DNA from: Mytilus californianus
Lineage: Eukaryota
DNA: 64,000 bases
Reading direction: 5' to 3'
Assembly (NCBI RefSeq): GCF_021869535.1
Contig: NW_026262712.1
Coordinates: 44,020,001 to 44,084,000, forward strand
The notes beneath the pieces are model-generated. The model was not told where the DNA came from. It worked only from the letters and a program-made list of their open reading frames with translations, and did no database searches. The translations under genes were made by a program, and so were the position numbers. This document shows positions 21,448 to 35,420 of this stretch, piece by piece. Positions within the stretch are counted from its first letter, which is position 1. Each line of letters begins with the position of its first letter.

Positions 21448-24400
21448 TTAAGGCATGCAAAGCTTATAAAATCGATGATCCTCAAGGCATGTAAAGCTTA
21501 AAAAATCCGATCTAGAAAATATGCATGTGAGAATCATTTTTTGCAGTTGGACACATCAAGCTTGCTTGGTATGTACGTGGTATTGTGTTTTTAATATAGG
21601 AATAATAAGATGTGGCATAATTGTCAATGATATTACATGAAACAAAAGGACAATGGTGTAGTTTACTTTCAAATGAAAATTCCTACACATTTCATTTTAT
21701 TCAAGATCAATAGTGTTACAGCAGTGCATATACTTTCTTTGATTTATGCAAACGTGTTCAATAATGTCAGCACAAACTATCGTGCTTTTACCCTTTCAAT
21801 AGTTTTACTAGTAAGTACATGTATTAACAGATTTAAATAGCTAAATAAATAATTATAGTTAGTAGTTAGCAAACGCTGATAAACAGAACATGTATTTAGG
21901 GAAGAATTTAGCACTCACATGTCTTGTTATGCATCTTTGAAAAATGCTGAAAACAAATTTAGAAAAAGACCAAACAATATTTTTTTAAGTTTCCCGTCAC
22001 ATAAAACACTTCCAGACCCTCACATATTCTCGTAGTGAGTATGCATTTGATTTCTCCTTAGACATGAAATAACCATCCATCCATCCATCTGTCACCATCC
22101 CCATCAAAGAGAAATATTTCATTTTTCGCCGTATTTTCTTCCTGTTCATGTATTGTAGTGTAGTTCAGGTTATTTTGGAAGTTATTTTTGGAAATATAAC
22201 CACAAGCAAATTGTACAGTAAAATTTCAAGATTTATCCTGGCGAAATAAAATTTTATTTACAGGTAACAACCATGACAGCAGAGGACAGCAGGTATGTAT
22301 GACTAACATTCTAAAATATGTAAACACATGTAAATGATGTTGATGTCGGAAATTAATTATATATTTTTTTTACTAAAATGATATCTTTTAAAAGTTGTCA
22401 TATTCATTGTGTAAAATTCTTACGCTTTTACAATTCATGCATGGGTATGATTTACTGTTGTACTATTTGTTACTGTATCATGTGTATGTGCACGACTAAT
22501 TACTGTATGTGCATGCATGATTACTTACTGTATGTACACTATTTCCTACTAAACATGACTCGGAAGCATTATATCAACGTTTATGATCATGTACGCCGGT
22601 ATTAAATGTACAAGCTCAATCTGATAGAAATCTTCCTTCGTGTTAGTTCACGTGTTACTAATAAAACAACAACTTTACAACTATAAGAAGTATTTCCCCC
22701 TTCGGCAAATGATTCATTTTAAATGTTTTATATTGGTTCTCTTTTGTATAGTTTCTGTTTGTTTTCACTCTTCTTACAATGTCTATCTGTGTCCAACACT
22801 AAGTTCTCCGTAACAAATCAATGTGTAACTTTAACCTATGAGTTTGACTGTCCCTCTGGTATCTTTCGTCCCTCCTTTATAATACTTCTTATATCGAACA
22901 CAGCGAGTGACAAAAAAAAACAGCATATTAACAAGTAAATGAACATTAAGTAATTGATGTGTGTATGTTTATAACTAAATTTATGGTATGATCAACTGAT
23001 TATCGGTACAGTACTATATTTTGGACAGTTCGTACATGAGATTAAAAAAAGCAAACAATAGCAGCAATATACAATAAAGCTTTAAAAAGACAGGTCCATT
23101 TTACACCGATTATAAAGATACCGTTGACAGTTCATCTGACTACAGATTCCGACGTTGGTTTTCTTTTTTTGCAAATTGGCAAAGTGGCACAACCATATAC
23201 TCTATTTTTGGCGATACTGATACTAGGTGTTTTGAAAACAAGTCGCGCAAATGTAGCATTGGCACAAATGAGTCATATTTAGGATGTATATATGAGTGTA
23301 CACCAATAAGATAAGAAGTAAGGTATACATCAATGAAACGTTATCCAAACGGTAAAAATGACAAAAAGTACATCGAAAGGTCAACAGTCTTCTACAGTGA
23401 ACTCTCGAGTTAAACAATGCTCATATAGGAGTAACAATCTTATTTATGGCCTTCCGAGCTATCATTAAATAACAGGCTCCTGATTTTGGAAAAAACACGT
23501 TAGTACTGTCTTGAACTTGTATTTTTAATGGTATTTTTGATTGATTAAACAATACGTCTAGAAGTTACCATTTAAATATGTTAATCGTTGCCGAGCTATG
23601 TATTTTCGTAGATTGTTATCCTAAATTGGCATTTTAATATGAAGTTTATTTATCCATCAGATGGTAAATGTTCAATTAATTTTTTTGACACGGTGTTGCT
23701 CTTAAGAAATATTTATCAAAACTTTCAACCCTCTTCATTTATACCTTTTTAGTTTCATAACTTCAACACCTTCATCCAAGAAAGATCGAAGTAAAAGTAA
23801 AACACAAGGTTTAACGACTTTTATGGCGTCGACGGTAAATTTATGAACTAATATCCAATCTTCTATTGGCATTTTTTATAGTGATAATTTTGGCAGCTAT
23901 TCTGCAGAGCAAAGAAGGAAGTGGTCAGCCTAGAAAAATTACAGTACGAAAGGGAGCAGTTGGAGCTGATCATGAAGTGTGTTCCAGAATTGGAAAGTAC
24001 ATTTTAGCAAGCAAAAGAAACATAGCAAAATGCAATATGAATCACTCGTTAAATTAGCCCTAGTGTAGCCAAAATGACTTTTAATCTGTAATTTACTGCT
24101 CATAGTTTGGAATGAATTATTTTTGGAAAATTTCTAATTTATGATACAAAATCATGATTTTTACTTGAACCTCCATAGATCAATAAATGTGCAGATCAGA
24201 ACTAAAATGAGTAAAATATACAGTAAGAAGATATAGTCTAAGATCAAATGAAACAGAAATAAACAACTGTAGGCCATCGTACGGCCTTCAACAATGAGCA
24301 AACAAAATAAGTCAGCTATAAAAGGTCCCGAAATGACAAATGTAAAATAATTCAAACGGGAAAAACAAACAATTTAAGTGCAAAATAATGAACGGAAAAT

Positions 24401-25674
24401 CTTTATATTTAAAGAAAATATATACGAACTTGCAAACAAATAAGTCCTGTATAAAGATTTGCCACCAACACAAAATTCTCCAAATAACAAAACAGTTAAA
24501 AATTTCACCTTAAACACGTTTAAAGCTGAATAAGTATTGCGACACTGTGTTACAAGGAATATCATAATGTGAAGATCAGTTAGACAAAACGAACAATCCC
24601 ATGATTTATCACATAGGAATGCGCATATGCCAATTTACATAATCATGATAATTGTACAACACTGAAAACTTAAACTTGATTTATACTAACTCTAAATAAT
24701 CTGTGATTAACATCAGGTGCTATAGCATGGTAGTCAAACCCCATTTGGAATGATGCACATGCTGTAATCTTTAGTCGTAGCAAGTATCTGATTATGTGGT
24801 GTTATATGGATGTTAAATGTTTCTCATTGTTGAAGGCCGTACATTTGCCTTTTATTGCTAATATCCACTCCATTTGAACTTTGGTGGATAGTTGTCTCAT
24901 TGGCAATCATACCACATCTCTTTATTGTTATATTGATATCACAATCTGAATATTTTTAATTTTTCAGGGACGTACTAGTAGATGGTGGATCTGCTGTCGA
25001 TGCTGCTATTGCTACTCTGTTATGTAACGGTGTCATGGCACCTCACAACATGGGGATAGGTGGAGGTATGTTATGAATATTTTTTACAAAATGTATATCA
25101 GTGTACACATTATCAACTGCAGTGTAAGAAAAATCACTCACGATTTTACCAAACATCTGCTATTAAGAATGATAAATATACATATGAAAGAAACAACCAC
25201 TGGCTTGTTACAAATACATAGAGATTTGGAGTGTTTAGAAAATTAAAACTTATCTCCGGTCATTCCTTTTATTACTATTACTATTACTGAAAGAACAAAA
25301 ATGCAAATCGAAAACATATAATTTTAATTTCAGAACATAATAAATTAACCGATTGAAATTGAAATTCATATAAATGACCAGTTGTTCCGACAGATTTTTA
25401 AAACTAAATGATGTATACCAATTAAATGAAGATATATACAATTCTCGCAAAATAAAATCAACGTCTGAGGGACATGTCATTTGACAAAAATGATTACTTC
25501 TAGTTGCAAGCATTTCATGTATATCAAGGACGACTCCTTCCTTTATGTAGAGAAAAGACTCTGCAAAGTCAGTAAACGTATTACCGAAGAAGTGAAATAA
25601 GCACGTGTACATATCATTAGACAAGAAAAATAATTAAGAAAAAAAAAGATGTCATTTCGACAAAAAAAAAATAA

Positions 25675-25920
25675 GTGAGATCTGCTTACCCCTTCCAGAG
25701 CACCTGAGGATAACCCCAGGTTTTTGGTGGGGTTCGTGTTGCTCAATTCGTCTTTGTTGTATTTTGTATATTGTTGTTTGTCTTTCGATCTTTATAAAAA
25801 AAAAGAGGATATGGTATGATTTCCAATGAGACAACTCTTCTTTGTCTATTTTTGCCATATGGTGTTGTCAGTTAATTTCGACTTATGAGTTTGAATGTCA
25901 CTTTGGTATCTTTTACCTCA
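25675..25920 (+). repeat. Family C 3' remnant
   Basis: gatctgcttaccccttccagagcacctgagg...ggggttcgtgttgctc...gacttatgagtttgaatgtc. Confidence 0.7.
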
Positions 25921-26269
25921 TTCTAAGATATAATGTAAATGAGATTAAGTAATACACATGTTAATTTCAGGTTGTTTTATGGTTATATACGATGCACAGA
26001 ACAAGAAAACATTAGTGGTAGATGGACGTGAGACAGCACCGTTAAGTTCTTCACAAGAAACATTTGTAAACGAATCCGGTTACATAGGTAAGGTTAATGT
26101 AGAACTTAAGGATATAACAGGGCCTCAACAAGACTCTAGAAATAAAGGATCTAACAGTTCATGGTTAAGACTCTTAAATCTATATCAATATAGCAAGACA
26201 CGGTTGAAGGCTCTAGAAACATATAAAATTGATATATTTTATAAATGTTGACAGTAACATATATATAAA

Positions 26270-27420
26270 AAAGAAATTGTGCCAATGAGACAACTTTTCG
26301 CAAGAGACCAAATGACACAGAAATTAACAACTATAGGTCACCGTACGGCTTTCATCAATGCGCAAAGCCCATACTGCATACTCAGCTATAAAAGTCCCCG
26401 AAATGACATATGTAAAACAGTTCAAACGAGAAAACTAACGGCCTAATTAATGTACAAAAAAATTAACGAAAAACAAATACGTATCACAGCAACAAACGAC
26501 AACCACTGAATTATAGGCTTCTGATTTGGGACAGGCAAAAACATACAGAATGTGGCGGGGTTAAACATGTTAGCGGGATCCCAACCCTCCCCAAACTTTG
26601 GACAGTGGTGTAACAGTACAACATAAGAACGGACTATAAAAATCATTTGAAAAAGGCTTAACTCATCAGATGGATACAAATAAAAATACATCTAACAAAA
26701 CACAGAGTGGACGTGGCCGGGTACTTGTACATCCCAACAACAAAAAGACACTAAAGACAGATCTGAGAGTACAATTACTGACAGCTAGTTCAAAGCCAAT
26801 AACAACTAATAAAAAAAAAATCATGCATCTAAGACTTAATTATCAATCAATACACATCCAACATCCAATGGATTTAGTGTACGTCATAAACAGTCAGAGA
26901 AAAACATGACTTTGAGCAATGCCAAGATACAGGTATCGACAGATTGTAGATCCATGAAAATGCATATGTATATAACAATAATATTAGTTTGCTTTTAATT
27001 TACTGATAACAAAATCAATATCAATACCAATAAGAACAATATTCAAAGATTTAATTACGGTGTTGAATTAATAACCTTTTAGAATAAGTTTATTTAAAGG
27101 ATCGATAAGTTTACCAGTATCTAAATTTCCGGGCACGGTAAACAACATCTCCGTTAAAATGAGGTTGTGCTATCTCGTTTGAAATAAGTTTTCTACAGGT
27201 ACAACCAAACTTCAAAACCAAATCTTTATTTCTATGCAAGAATTTAGTTAAGGTTTTAAGTAATTTGTGGTAACGAAATCCCTGACTTAATAATTTATCA
27301 GTAATACATAGATTACGTTCAATTAAATCTAAAACGTCACAACCGACACGGGCATAGCGACGAGTTGTGAAATATAAACACCGTAAGATGGTGCAAGGGA
27401 AAATGTACATGTTTATCAAA
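26270..27420 (-). mobile_element. Naiad family B 3' fragment: RT C-terminus (27111-27400) plus full tail
   Basis: RYARVGCDVLDLIERNLCITDKLLSQGFRYHKLLKTLTKF runs continuously into the family B tail. Confidence 0.8.
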
Positions 27421-30400
27421 CCGATGTTTCCATATATTAAGTACTAGTACACACACATATATATACACTGTTACAGATATCCTTGACACGAGTAGCTGCT
27501 AGGTCGAATCTTATTTATCTTACCGACTATCTTCACATGTGGTAGTTAGGCTATCGGCCTATCAAAGTGATTAAGTCTTCAATACTTAGTATAACCTACT
27601 TCCATTTTTTTATACAAAAAAAACAAAAAAAACAAATGCCAACAATAACAATTTGTTAGCTTTAAATTTGTTTTATGAATTTATTTCAATGTCATTATCA
27701 ATTTCTTAGTCTCATGAAACCTTTCAGATTTCTTTTTTGTTTTGAAAGGGAAGTAACTCCTTACTAACCCCATATGGTAACTAACCCTATATGGTAACTA
27801 ACCCAATATTTTTTAGGACACCCTATATCAAATATATGTAGTCACCACGTGTAGTCCTTTAACCAATTATAACCCCATAAATCTATAGAAGGTACGATAA
27901 TATTAGTTACGCAGCGTGCATTTGTCCTAATACTTGAATTTATCGGGTCAATAAAATCCATATCGGGTGAGGCGAATTTATCCTGATTTTGTTATCAGAC
28001 CACTTATTATTATTTTTTTCATAATAAATTCCGTATTAGGACAATTGCACACCGTTTAACGAATTTATCCTGATTTTTTTATGACACCACGTCAGTAATA
28101 CACAAAGGGAAGCAACTAAATTTATTGGGGTATAAAAGCGTTGACCGAAGTACATTATCTCAAGGTCGTCCAGAGAATATACCAAGTGTGAATAAATTAA
28201 AAGAGAAACAATTAATTAACGATCTTTTACAGCATATTGTATATTAATTATTCAGGTCCGAGTTCATTGCTGTTCCTTGTGAAATTGCAACATATTGGAA
28301 AGCACATCAAAGATATGGAAAAGTACCATGGAAACGATTATTTGAACCATCGATAGACCTACTACAAAATGGATTCCACGTTTTACATGCTGTAGAACGT
28401 GCAATGAAGCGCTTGATGGCTAATAACAACAGTATTTGCGAAATACGGTGATTCGGGTATGTTTTAGTTTATACTTCGCAAAAGTTAAATTTAGGTTATC
28501 CACAAAAACATGCAAAACAGAGAATTACAGTTCTATGAGTTTGGATGGGGGTCTATACTTTATTTGGTTTGGCCTATTTTTCACAATTCTTTTTTTCTCC
28601 CTTTATTCCATTATTCTCTATTCTGTAAACCCCATTTAGACCATCTTATATATATGATGCTTTAGAAGATTTTATGTTTATCTTTGATGCAATGATTGCA
28701 TCCCATTTATCATTATTTCCACAAATAAACTATGTATACCGTGGTTTAAGTTATACACATTTAAAATTATTCAAATGTTTAATGCTATTCATTTAAACAA
28801 GAAGATAGATGATGTAGTGACATACACTGGTGATTGTTGCACTTTTCTAGCCGATCTTCAAATCTGAAAATATTCAAAAATATTCTTACTATCTTTCAGT
28901 GAAATTTTCTGTGATGAGATGGGAAATAGTCTACCAGAAGGAACCTTTGTTCAGTGGCCCAGACTAGCAGAAACTTAAAAACAACTAGCAGATGTAGGAC
29001 CTGATTACTTATATAAAGGCAAAATCGCAAAAACTATGGCACAGGAAATTAGGAATTTAGGTCAGTTGTCAGTATAGTATTTATGAAAAAATTTATGATT
29101 TAAGATTGTGAGAAAAATCAAGCTTCTTGTTTAAGCGAAAAACAAAATGTCAGCTATCAAGAGACACTACGCGAAATTATAGGGACAAGGACACGCAATA
29201 TGAAATCTTTTAACAGTAACGTACCCATGATGACGTTGCTTTTTTTGTATTATGATATTTGTAACTAATCATTAGTTTGCTGTTTATCGTAAGTAGGACA
29301 TTTTTCATTTCTTAATATATAAGTTTACATCATAATCTTCATTGTAATCAAAAACATTAAAATAGATACAATTTTGATATTTTTAGATCGTAAAAAGGAT
29401 GATATCTGAAGAATTCGCTACATACTTACGTAGAAAAATAGATTTGACCAAAACATATGATATTGAATACTATGCAAATGTGACTGAGGCAGCACATGAT
29501 CAAGGCACTGCGCATGTCAGCGTTTTAAGTCCGGAAGGGGATGCTGTATTTGTAACGAGCACAATTAATGCATAGTAAGAATATAACTTAAAATAGTAGT
29601 TGAAAGAGTAAGAAAATTCGAAGCTATATCTATCGTGAGAGGTTTAGGTAGATATAAAACCATGTTTCTACATAAAGAAATCCCTGTACTAAGTCAGGAA
29701 TAAGACAGTTGTGTTGCATTCATTAGATGTGTTTGAGCTTTTAATTTGCCATTTGATACAGGACTTTTTTTTCGCAAATAAAATTACAGAGATCTGGATT
29801 AAAGTTAGTACAGCCTGATTAAAACGTTTAAATGTGAAAAGTAAATCCATCTTGTGTGTACAATTTCTATTTTGTCAGGACTGTAGCCCTTAAAATACCC
29901 AAAAAAAAAGGGAAACCATTTTATAATTATGTTTCGTACTATATCTTTTCGATTGATATTTTTCTGTTTTGTTTTCCTTAATTGATTTTATTAAAGCAGG
30001 TGTTTTGTTTAAGTAAATTTACACAGTCACACTCTTTACTTTATAAGTTTCGGATCTTTAACGGTTTCGGAGTCCACTGGAATAATATGGAACAACGCCA
30101 TGGCGGATTTCTCTTTGTTTGATGATGGTCTGAAGGTAAATGTTGAATAATATATGTTAGGCACCATTATCACTGCTGGTTGAAAAAGCTCACTTTGAAC
30201 AGTTGAATCAAGTTACATTGCGATCTAGTGTATACTTAGATGTATCTATACAATACTGCTCAATGTTATTCTGTGTGTTCTTGGACTTAATACTATAGAC
30301 ATCAAATATCTTCTGTTTATATCTGATACACAAAGATTAAAGTTATATCTTTGCTAGTCTGACTTTATACCATTGATTAATATCGACAACTTGGTGGATG

Positions 30401-31264
30401 TAATCAATTCAATATCTTATATAGTTCGCCAAATATTTATAATTGTTGTCAAGTCAATGATACTTTTTTTGTCCACACACGTGGGTTTAGATCAAACAAC
30501 ATGCAGGTCAATATAAATCTTGTAGTTCAGTATTGGTCGTTCCCTTACTGAACATTCAGGCAAAGTTGACACAAAGACATTTTTGATGTAGTGATCCCTT
30601 TGGGTTCTTCGTGCATATCAGCATACACTTAGTTATTTTGACCTTCGTGTCTCATGATTGTAAAATATGAAGGCTAAGCCTGAAACCAGTGTTATGTGCA
30701 AAGAAGCTGATTTCCTAATGTTTCAATTGAAAAGTATGATGAAGTTTTTTAAAATATAAATATTTAAACCGATTTTTGTGACTACAGTTCTCATTAACCA
30801 TGGTATTTTTTCTTTGTTGATTAACTTTACATTATATCTGAAGGCAACAGTTCCAAATAAATTACAAGCAGGAAAAAGGCCGTTGTTTTCCATGGCGCCA
30901 GCCATTTTTGTTGACAAGAAAACCGGAAGTGTACGAATGATTATCGGAAATGCAGGAGGGTCTCGAATAACGACAACAAATATACAGGTTAATTTCATGA
31001 AAAAACCTGCACTTTATGATTGTATTATTTTGTTTATCTATCAAGGCCATTTTTTCTTACATGCATGAAATAGATTCAGGCATAATGACTCTTAGGAAAA
31101 TGTTAAGTGATGATATTTGAACGATAATTTCTCTTTCAGCTTTCAAATGTTCACCAGGAATGGTGTATTATGTGGACTTACATTTAAAGATTTTACAATT
31201 CAAACCAACAGGACAGTGAATTACGATACAATATCAATTGAATATGTTATTTGCTTTTATGCAA

Positions 31265-31460
31265 TTGTGATACAAGTGAGAGGTTTTGCTAGCTATAAAA
31301 CCAGGTTTAATCCACCATTTTCTACATAAGAAAATGCCTGTCCCAAGTCAGGAATATGACAGTTGTTATCCATACGTTTAATGTGTATTTGCCATTTGAA
31401 TAGGGACTTTCCGTTTTGAATTTTCCTCGGATTTTGATTTTTTTTTTATATTTTTCTTTT
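31265..31460 (+). repeat. Family A 3' remnant (further copies at 29630-29770, 33420-33598, 34435-34700)
   Basis: gctagctataaaaccaggtttaatccaccattttctacataagaaaatgcctg.ccaagtcaggaatatgacagttg. Confidence 0.85.
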
Positions 31461-32171
31461 TGTGTAGATAGCCATACGATTATTTCTCTCTCAGCTTTTA
31501 AATGTTCACCAGGAATGCTTTATCATATGGACTAACATTTAAATATTTCATCATTTAAACTTACAAGAGAGTAAATTACTTTACAAGTGTTATTGAAATG
31601 CTATTTGTTATTATATAGGTAGCCGTTAGAAATTTATGGATGGGACAAGACATAGAGGATGCAGTTTGGGAAAAGAGATTTCATCATCAACTAAATCCTA
31701 ATCTATTGGTCTATGATTTTGGTTATCCACAGATGGGAAAGATTTTTAAAACATAAACATTAACTACATAAATATATTCAACTACTTTCAAGGACTAATT
31801 TGTTTGCAAAGCATCAACGTGTTTTTTTACTTAAAATAGAATTTGCAGAAACGTCAAAAACTGATTTAATAAGTTCGCATAATTCGTCAAGTTCAGCTAC
31901 TAGTAAACTTTACAGAGTAGCATGTTCGGAATGTAGATCATGTGAATTATAGGGTTACCATGCGTAGAATTCGTACCTAAACCTGCCATCGCAATAACAA
32001 ATTGACGAAAATATTGTGTATATGAATGATTGAAAGAAATATATTACAATTTTTTATGATACTTTGAAATTGATATCTTCATTGTGTCAACAATTGATTT
32101 CATGTAGGATAATCACTGCATTATTTATCTGCTGAAGTTTTGTGTTTTAAGTTTTAATTTCAATTTCAATT

Positions 32172-32420
32172 TGGGGCCTCGGTAGCCAAGTGGTCAAAAT
32201 ACTGTAGCACTTACCAGTCAATACTGAGGTTGTGATTTCGAATCCCACACGTGACAGGTGACCTCGACTCCAATCTTAATTGACTAGGATTGTCAGGCTA
32301 CCAGGTCAGTGGATCTCTCTGGACACTCCAGCTTCCTCCTACAATAATTACTGACCCTCACAAATACATGTACCACAATATTTATGATAGTGGCGTTTAA
32401 CACCAATCAACCAATCAATC
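32172..32420 (+). mobile_element. tRNA-derived SINE with V-domain-like core
   Basis: A box tagccaagtgg, B box-like ttcgaatccc, core ctctggacactccagcttcctcc, (caat)n tail. Confidence 0.7.
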
Positions 32421-33899
32421 AAATTTAATTGTTAATAACATATACACAGATCTGTTCTTATAAGAAAAACCGCTGTTTTTTTTAAATGAAATGCAAGTTA
32501 ATCACCTCCATAATTTTTCTCTCTCTAAAGTGACCTACATTTGTTAATTATTGTGTCATTTGGTCTCTTGTCATTGATAATCGTACCACATCTACTTATT
32601 TGTATATCAGAAAAAAAAGCATTTCAATTTATGATTGCGGTCTTGATGAAATATCAAAATGATTTGTCATTGTGCAAATTTAACAAGACAAGATGTGTTG
32701 ACAAGCATTTAAATGTATGTTTTACCTGTTTGTTTAACTCTTTATTTTGTACATGTTCGAAAATGTACATCTAGAAACCAATAACCAAACGACATTAAAA
32801 ATCAAAATTGATAATGGCCTATTAGAGGGATATGCATATTTTTGTATTGAGTTGTATATTTTGTAAAACACAGTTGTTTTCAATAACAGGACATTTTAGA
32901 AGAATTGAGGAAGTATGGCCATGAGTTGAAGATAACAGATACTTTAATGTCGGTTGTCAAGCTATATCGAGAAACATGCACACACGGGCGATAAATGGCT
33001 TTTCCGATGAAAGAAAATTTCAAGGGAAAGCAATGTTGTACACTACGGAAGAAGATGTCTTTATGTGATATTGGTCGCATTTCACTTGAAATGCAAAATG
33101 TGAAAAACAATATTTTAAAGTAGTGATAATCTTTTGTCCCAGAACTATCCAGGAACTGTTGTTGAATTCAGGGACGTTAAATGATGGTGCCATGAGTTAA
33201 GTTTGTAATGAAATTGCATTATTTGAATAAAAGTTGTTGGAATTTGTCACAGTTGATGTTAAAATTTACAGGAACTTGAAAAGTAAAAAAAGTTAATTCT
33301 ATTTCTGTTCTTCCCCTTTCGGATCAACTGATACCATTCCCGTTTCTTATGTTTATGCACATTGTTAACCGAAACGAGACAAAACCAAAGCGCTTTAAAA
33401 AACCTAAAGCTATGTCGAGCATTGGTTAGTTATAAAACCAGGTTTAATCCTCCATTTTCTACATGTACCAAGTCAAGGATATGTAAATTTGTTTTCCATT
33501 TGTTTGATGTGTTAGAGCATTTGATTTTGCCATATAATAAGGAACTTTCTGTTTTGAATTTTCCTTGGAGTTCGGTATTTTTGTAACTTACTTTTTACAG
33601 TAGATAACACATTTTGAATAGAAATACAATTCACGTTCTTTATGTTAATATAGATTATAGTATATGAATTGTTCTCTAGCAACTCTTTCTCATAATAGTA
33701 ATTTTAAGACCACGTTTATATGATACTGTAAATGCAGAACTTTGCCGTGTTTGTTAAGTGTTGTGAATTGTTAAACAGTCTGATATCGATTAATGCTGTA
33801 TCGTTTTGATGCAAAAAAATAACCAATAATTCGTCATATTCTGAAAAATTAATTCGAAAGTCTTTCAATCATTTAATCGGAATGATTGATAAAAATTAC

Positions 33900-34105
33900 G
33901 ATTACATGTTGAGCAGGATCTGATTACCCTTCTTGAGCACATGAGATCACTCCGGGTATTCGCTGGACTTTGTGTTGGTCAGTCTATAGTTTTATATGTT
34001 GTCTTTTGTCTAATGTTGTTTGCTTTTTCGTCGTTTTTGGAAGTTGTCATTCTATTTTCGACTTATGAGTTTGAATGTCCCTTTGGTATCTTTCGCCTCT
34101 CTTTT
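33900..34105 (+). repeat. Family C 3' remnant
   Basis: gttgagcaggatctgattacccttcttgagcacatgagatcac...cctttggtatctttcgcctctttt. Confidence 0.75.
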
Positions 34106-34699
34106 TTAGTCATACGATTTCGAAATAAATAGTATAAAGTAAATTAAAGGAATATTATTAGGTAAAGCGATTTCAAGCATCAGACTGTTCACCTGCATGT
34201 GCAAATGAAATTTATTTATGTCACCACTGACACCAAGATTAGTTTGGTCTGAGTTTTAAAAAACCTAGCTATGGAAAGTATAATATATGATTTATATGCA
34301 CGACGATTGTTAGTGTGTTCATTTTAAAACATAATACAACGGAACTGGATTACATAGATTTACTTAATAAAGAATTGATGAAAACAAGTTGTTTTATCCA
34401 ATTAGCACATACTTGGAATATGTTTCTCATTGCCATATAAGCGGGAGGTTTTGCTAGCCAAAAAACCAGGTTCAATCCACCATTTTTTCTTAAAATGGCC
34501 TGTACCAAGTCAGGAATATGACAGTTGTTAACACATAGTCCGTTTCTTTGTATGTTGGCGTTTGTTTTTGTGACAGTTCAATGTTTCTGTTGTTCCGTTT
34601 TGTTTCCTGTTATACATGTAGTTGATGTGTTTCACTCAGTTTTTGGTGTGTGACCCGGATTTGCTTTAGTTAAATCGATTTATAACTATTGAACAGCGG

Positions 34700-35420
34700 T
34701 ATGGGACATTCAAACTCATATGTCGAAAATAAACAGACAACGCCATGGCTAAAAAAGAAAAGACCACCAGACAAACAACAGTACACAAAACACAGCACAG
34801 AAAACTTATGACAGCACACGAACCCCACAAAAAAACTGGGGGTGATCTCAGGTGCTGCTGAAGGGGATGCAGATCCTGCTCAACATGGGGCACCTGTCGT
34901 GTGCTCATGTTAGTACAAACCCGGTAATAAGTCTAATTCGGTAGGTCACATTCGAGAAAAGGGTACGGGATTATAGTTACGACATTAGGAACATATCCGT
35001 TATCATCTGTGGAAAGGATATGCTTTTACGGTCAACCAACTCGTGATGGCGTCCGTAAAACCTACGAAGGGATGACTTCAACTTCACTACTTGGAAATTT
35101 TGGTTTAATAGCTTCATTGTTAGTGGCAACCCTCCATCAAGGAAATCATGATAGGAATTACAAGCCCTGGATTATCGTATCACAGCTATCATCTGTGAAA
35201 CGGATATTCCATAACGGTCAACCAACTCGTCATGGAGTCCGTAAAATTTACCATGCTTACGAAGGAAAGAATTCAACCTCACCATTTGGAACTCTTTGTT
35301 TAATAGCATACTTTTGAGCAGTAACCCCCTATCAAGGAAATCATGATAGGAAATACAAGCCCTGGAATATCGTATTAACTGGGAGATATATACTTTTATC
35401 TTACCTCCTGTATATTTCAA
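34700..35420 (-). mobile_element. Naiad family C 3' fragment; the RT C-terminal segment is duplicated in tandem
   Basis: YISQLIRYSRACISYHDFLDRGLLL...FYG-HDELVDRYGISVSQM, followed by a second copy of the same segment (35010-35160) and the family C tail. Confidence 0.8.

Larger units (their letters stand above)
22273..33068 (+). pseudogene. GGT1: Gamma-glutamyltranspeptidase (glutathione hydrolase, GGT1-like) pseudogene
   Basis: Exons 22273-22292, 23753-23996, 24968-25065, 25971-26087, 28256-28447, 28900-29060, 29387-29574, 30048-30135, 30844-30987, 31619-31732, 32890-33068. Motifs: [43 protein letters not shown] (catalytic Thr), TSTIN, GKRPLFSM, GGSRI, RFHHQL, SDERK. Lesions: +1 nt in exon 2 (about 23837), -1 nt near 28261, TAA at 28976-28978, missing exons after 29060, GT>AT donor at 31733, -1 nt near 32957. 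Confidence 0.9.

Noticed and set aside
22378-22605. Cys/Met/Tyr-rich ORF
   Set aside because: Arises from TGTATG/TACTGT simple repeats in an intron
23093-23282. Open frame of about 62 codons with a hydrophobic stretch (YTLFLAILILGVL) in GGT intron 1
   Set aside because: No ATG, weak acceptor, ends in a stop and has no homology I recognise
32172-32250. tRNA-like A and B boxes
   Set aside because: No cloverleaf; continues into a SINE core and tail
22273-33068. Possibility that the GGT gene is intact and its lesions are sequencing errors
   Set aside because: Six independent lesions of different kinds (three indels, a nonsense codon, a donor loss, exon loss) are too many for error
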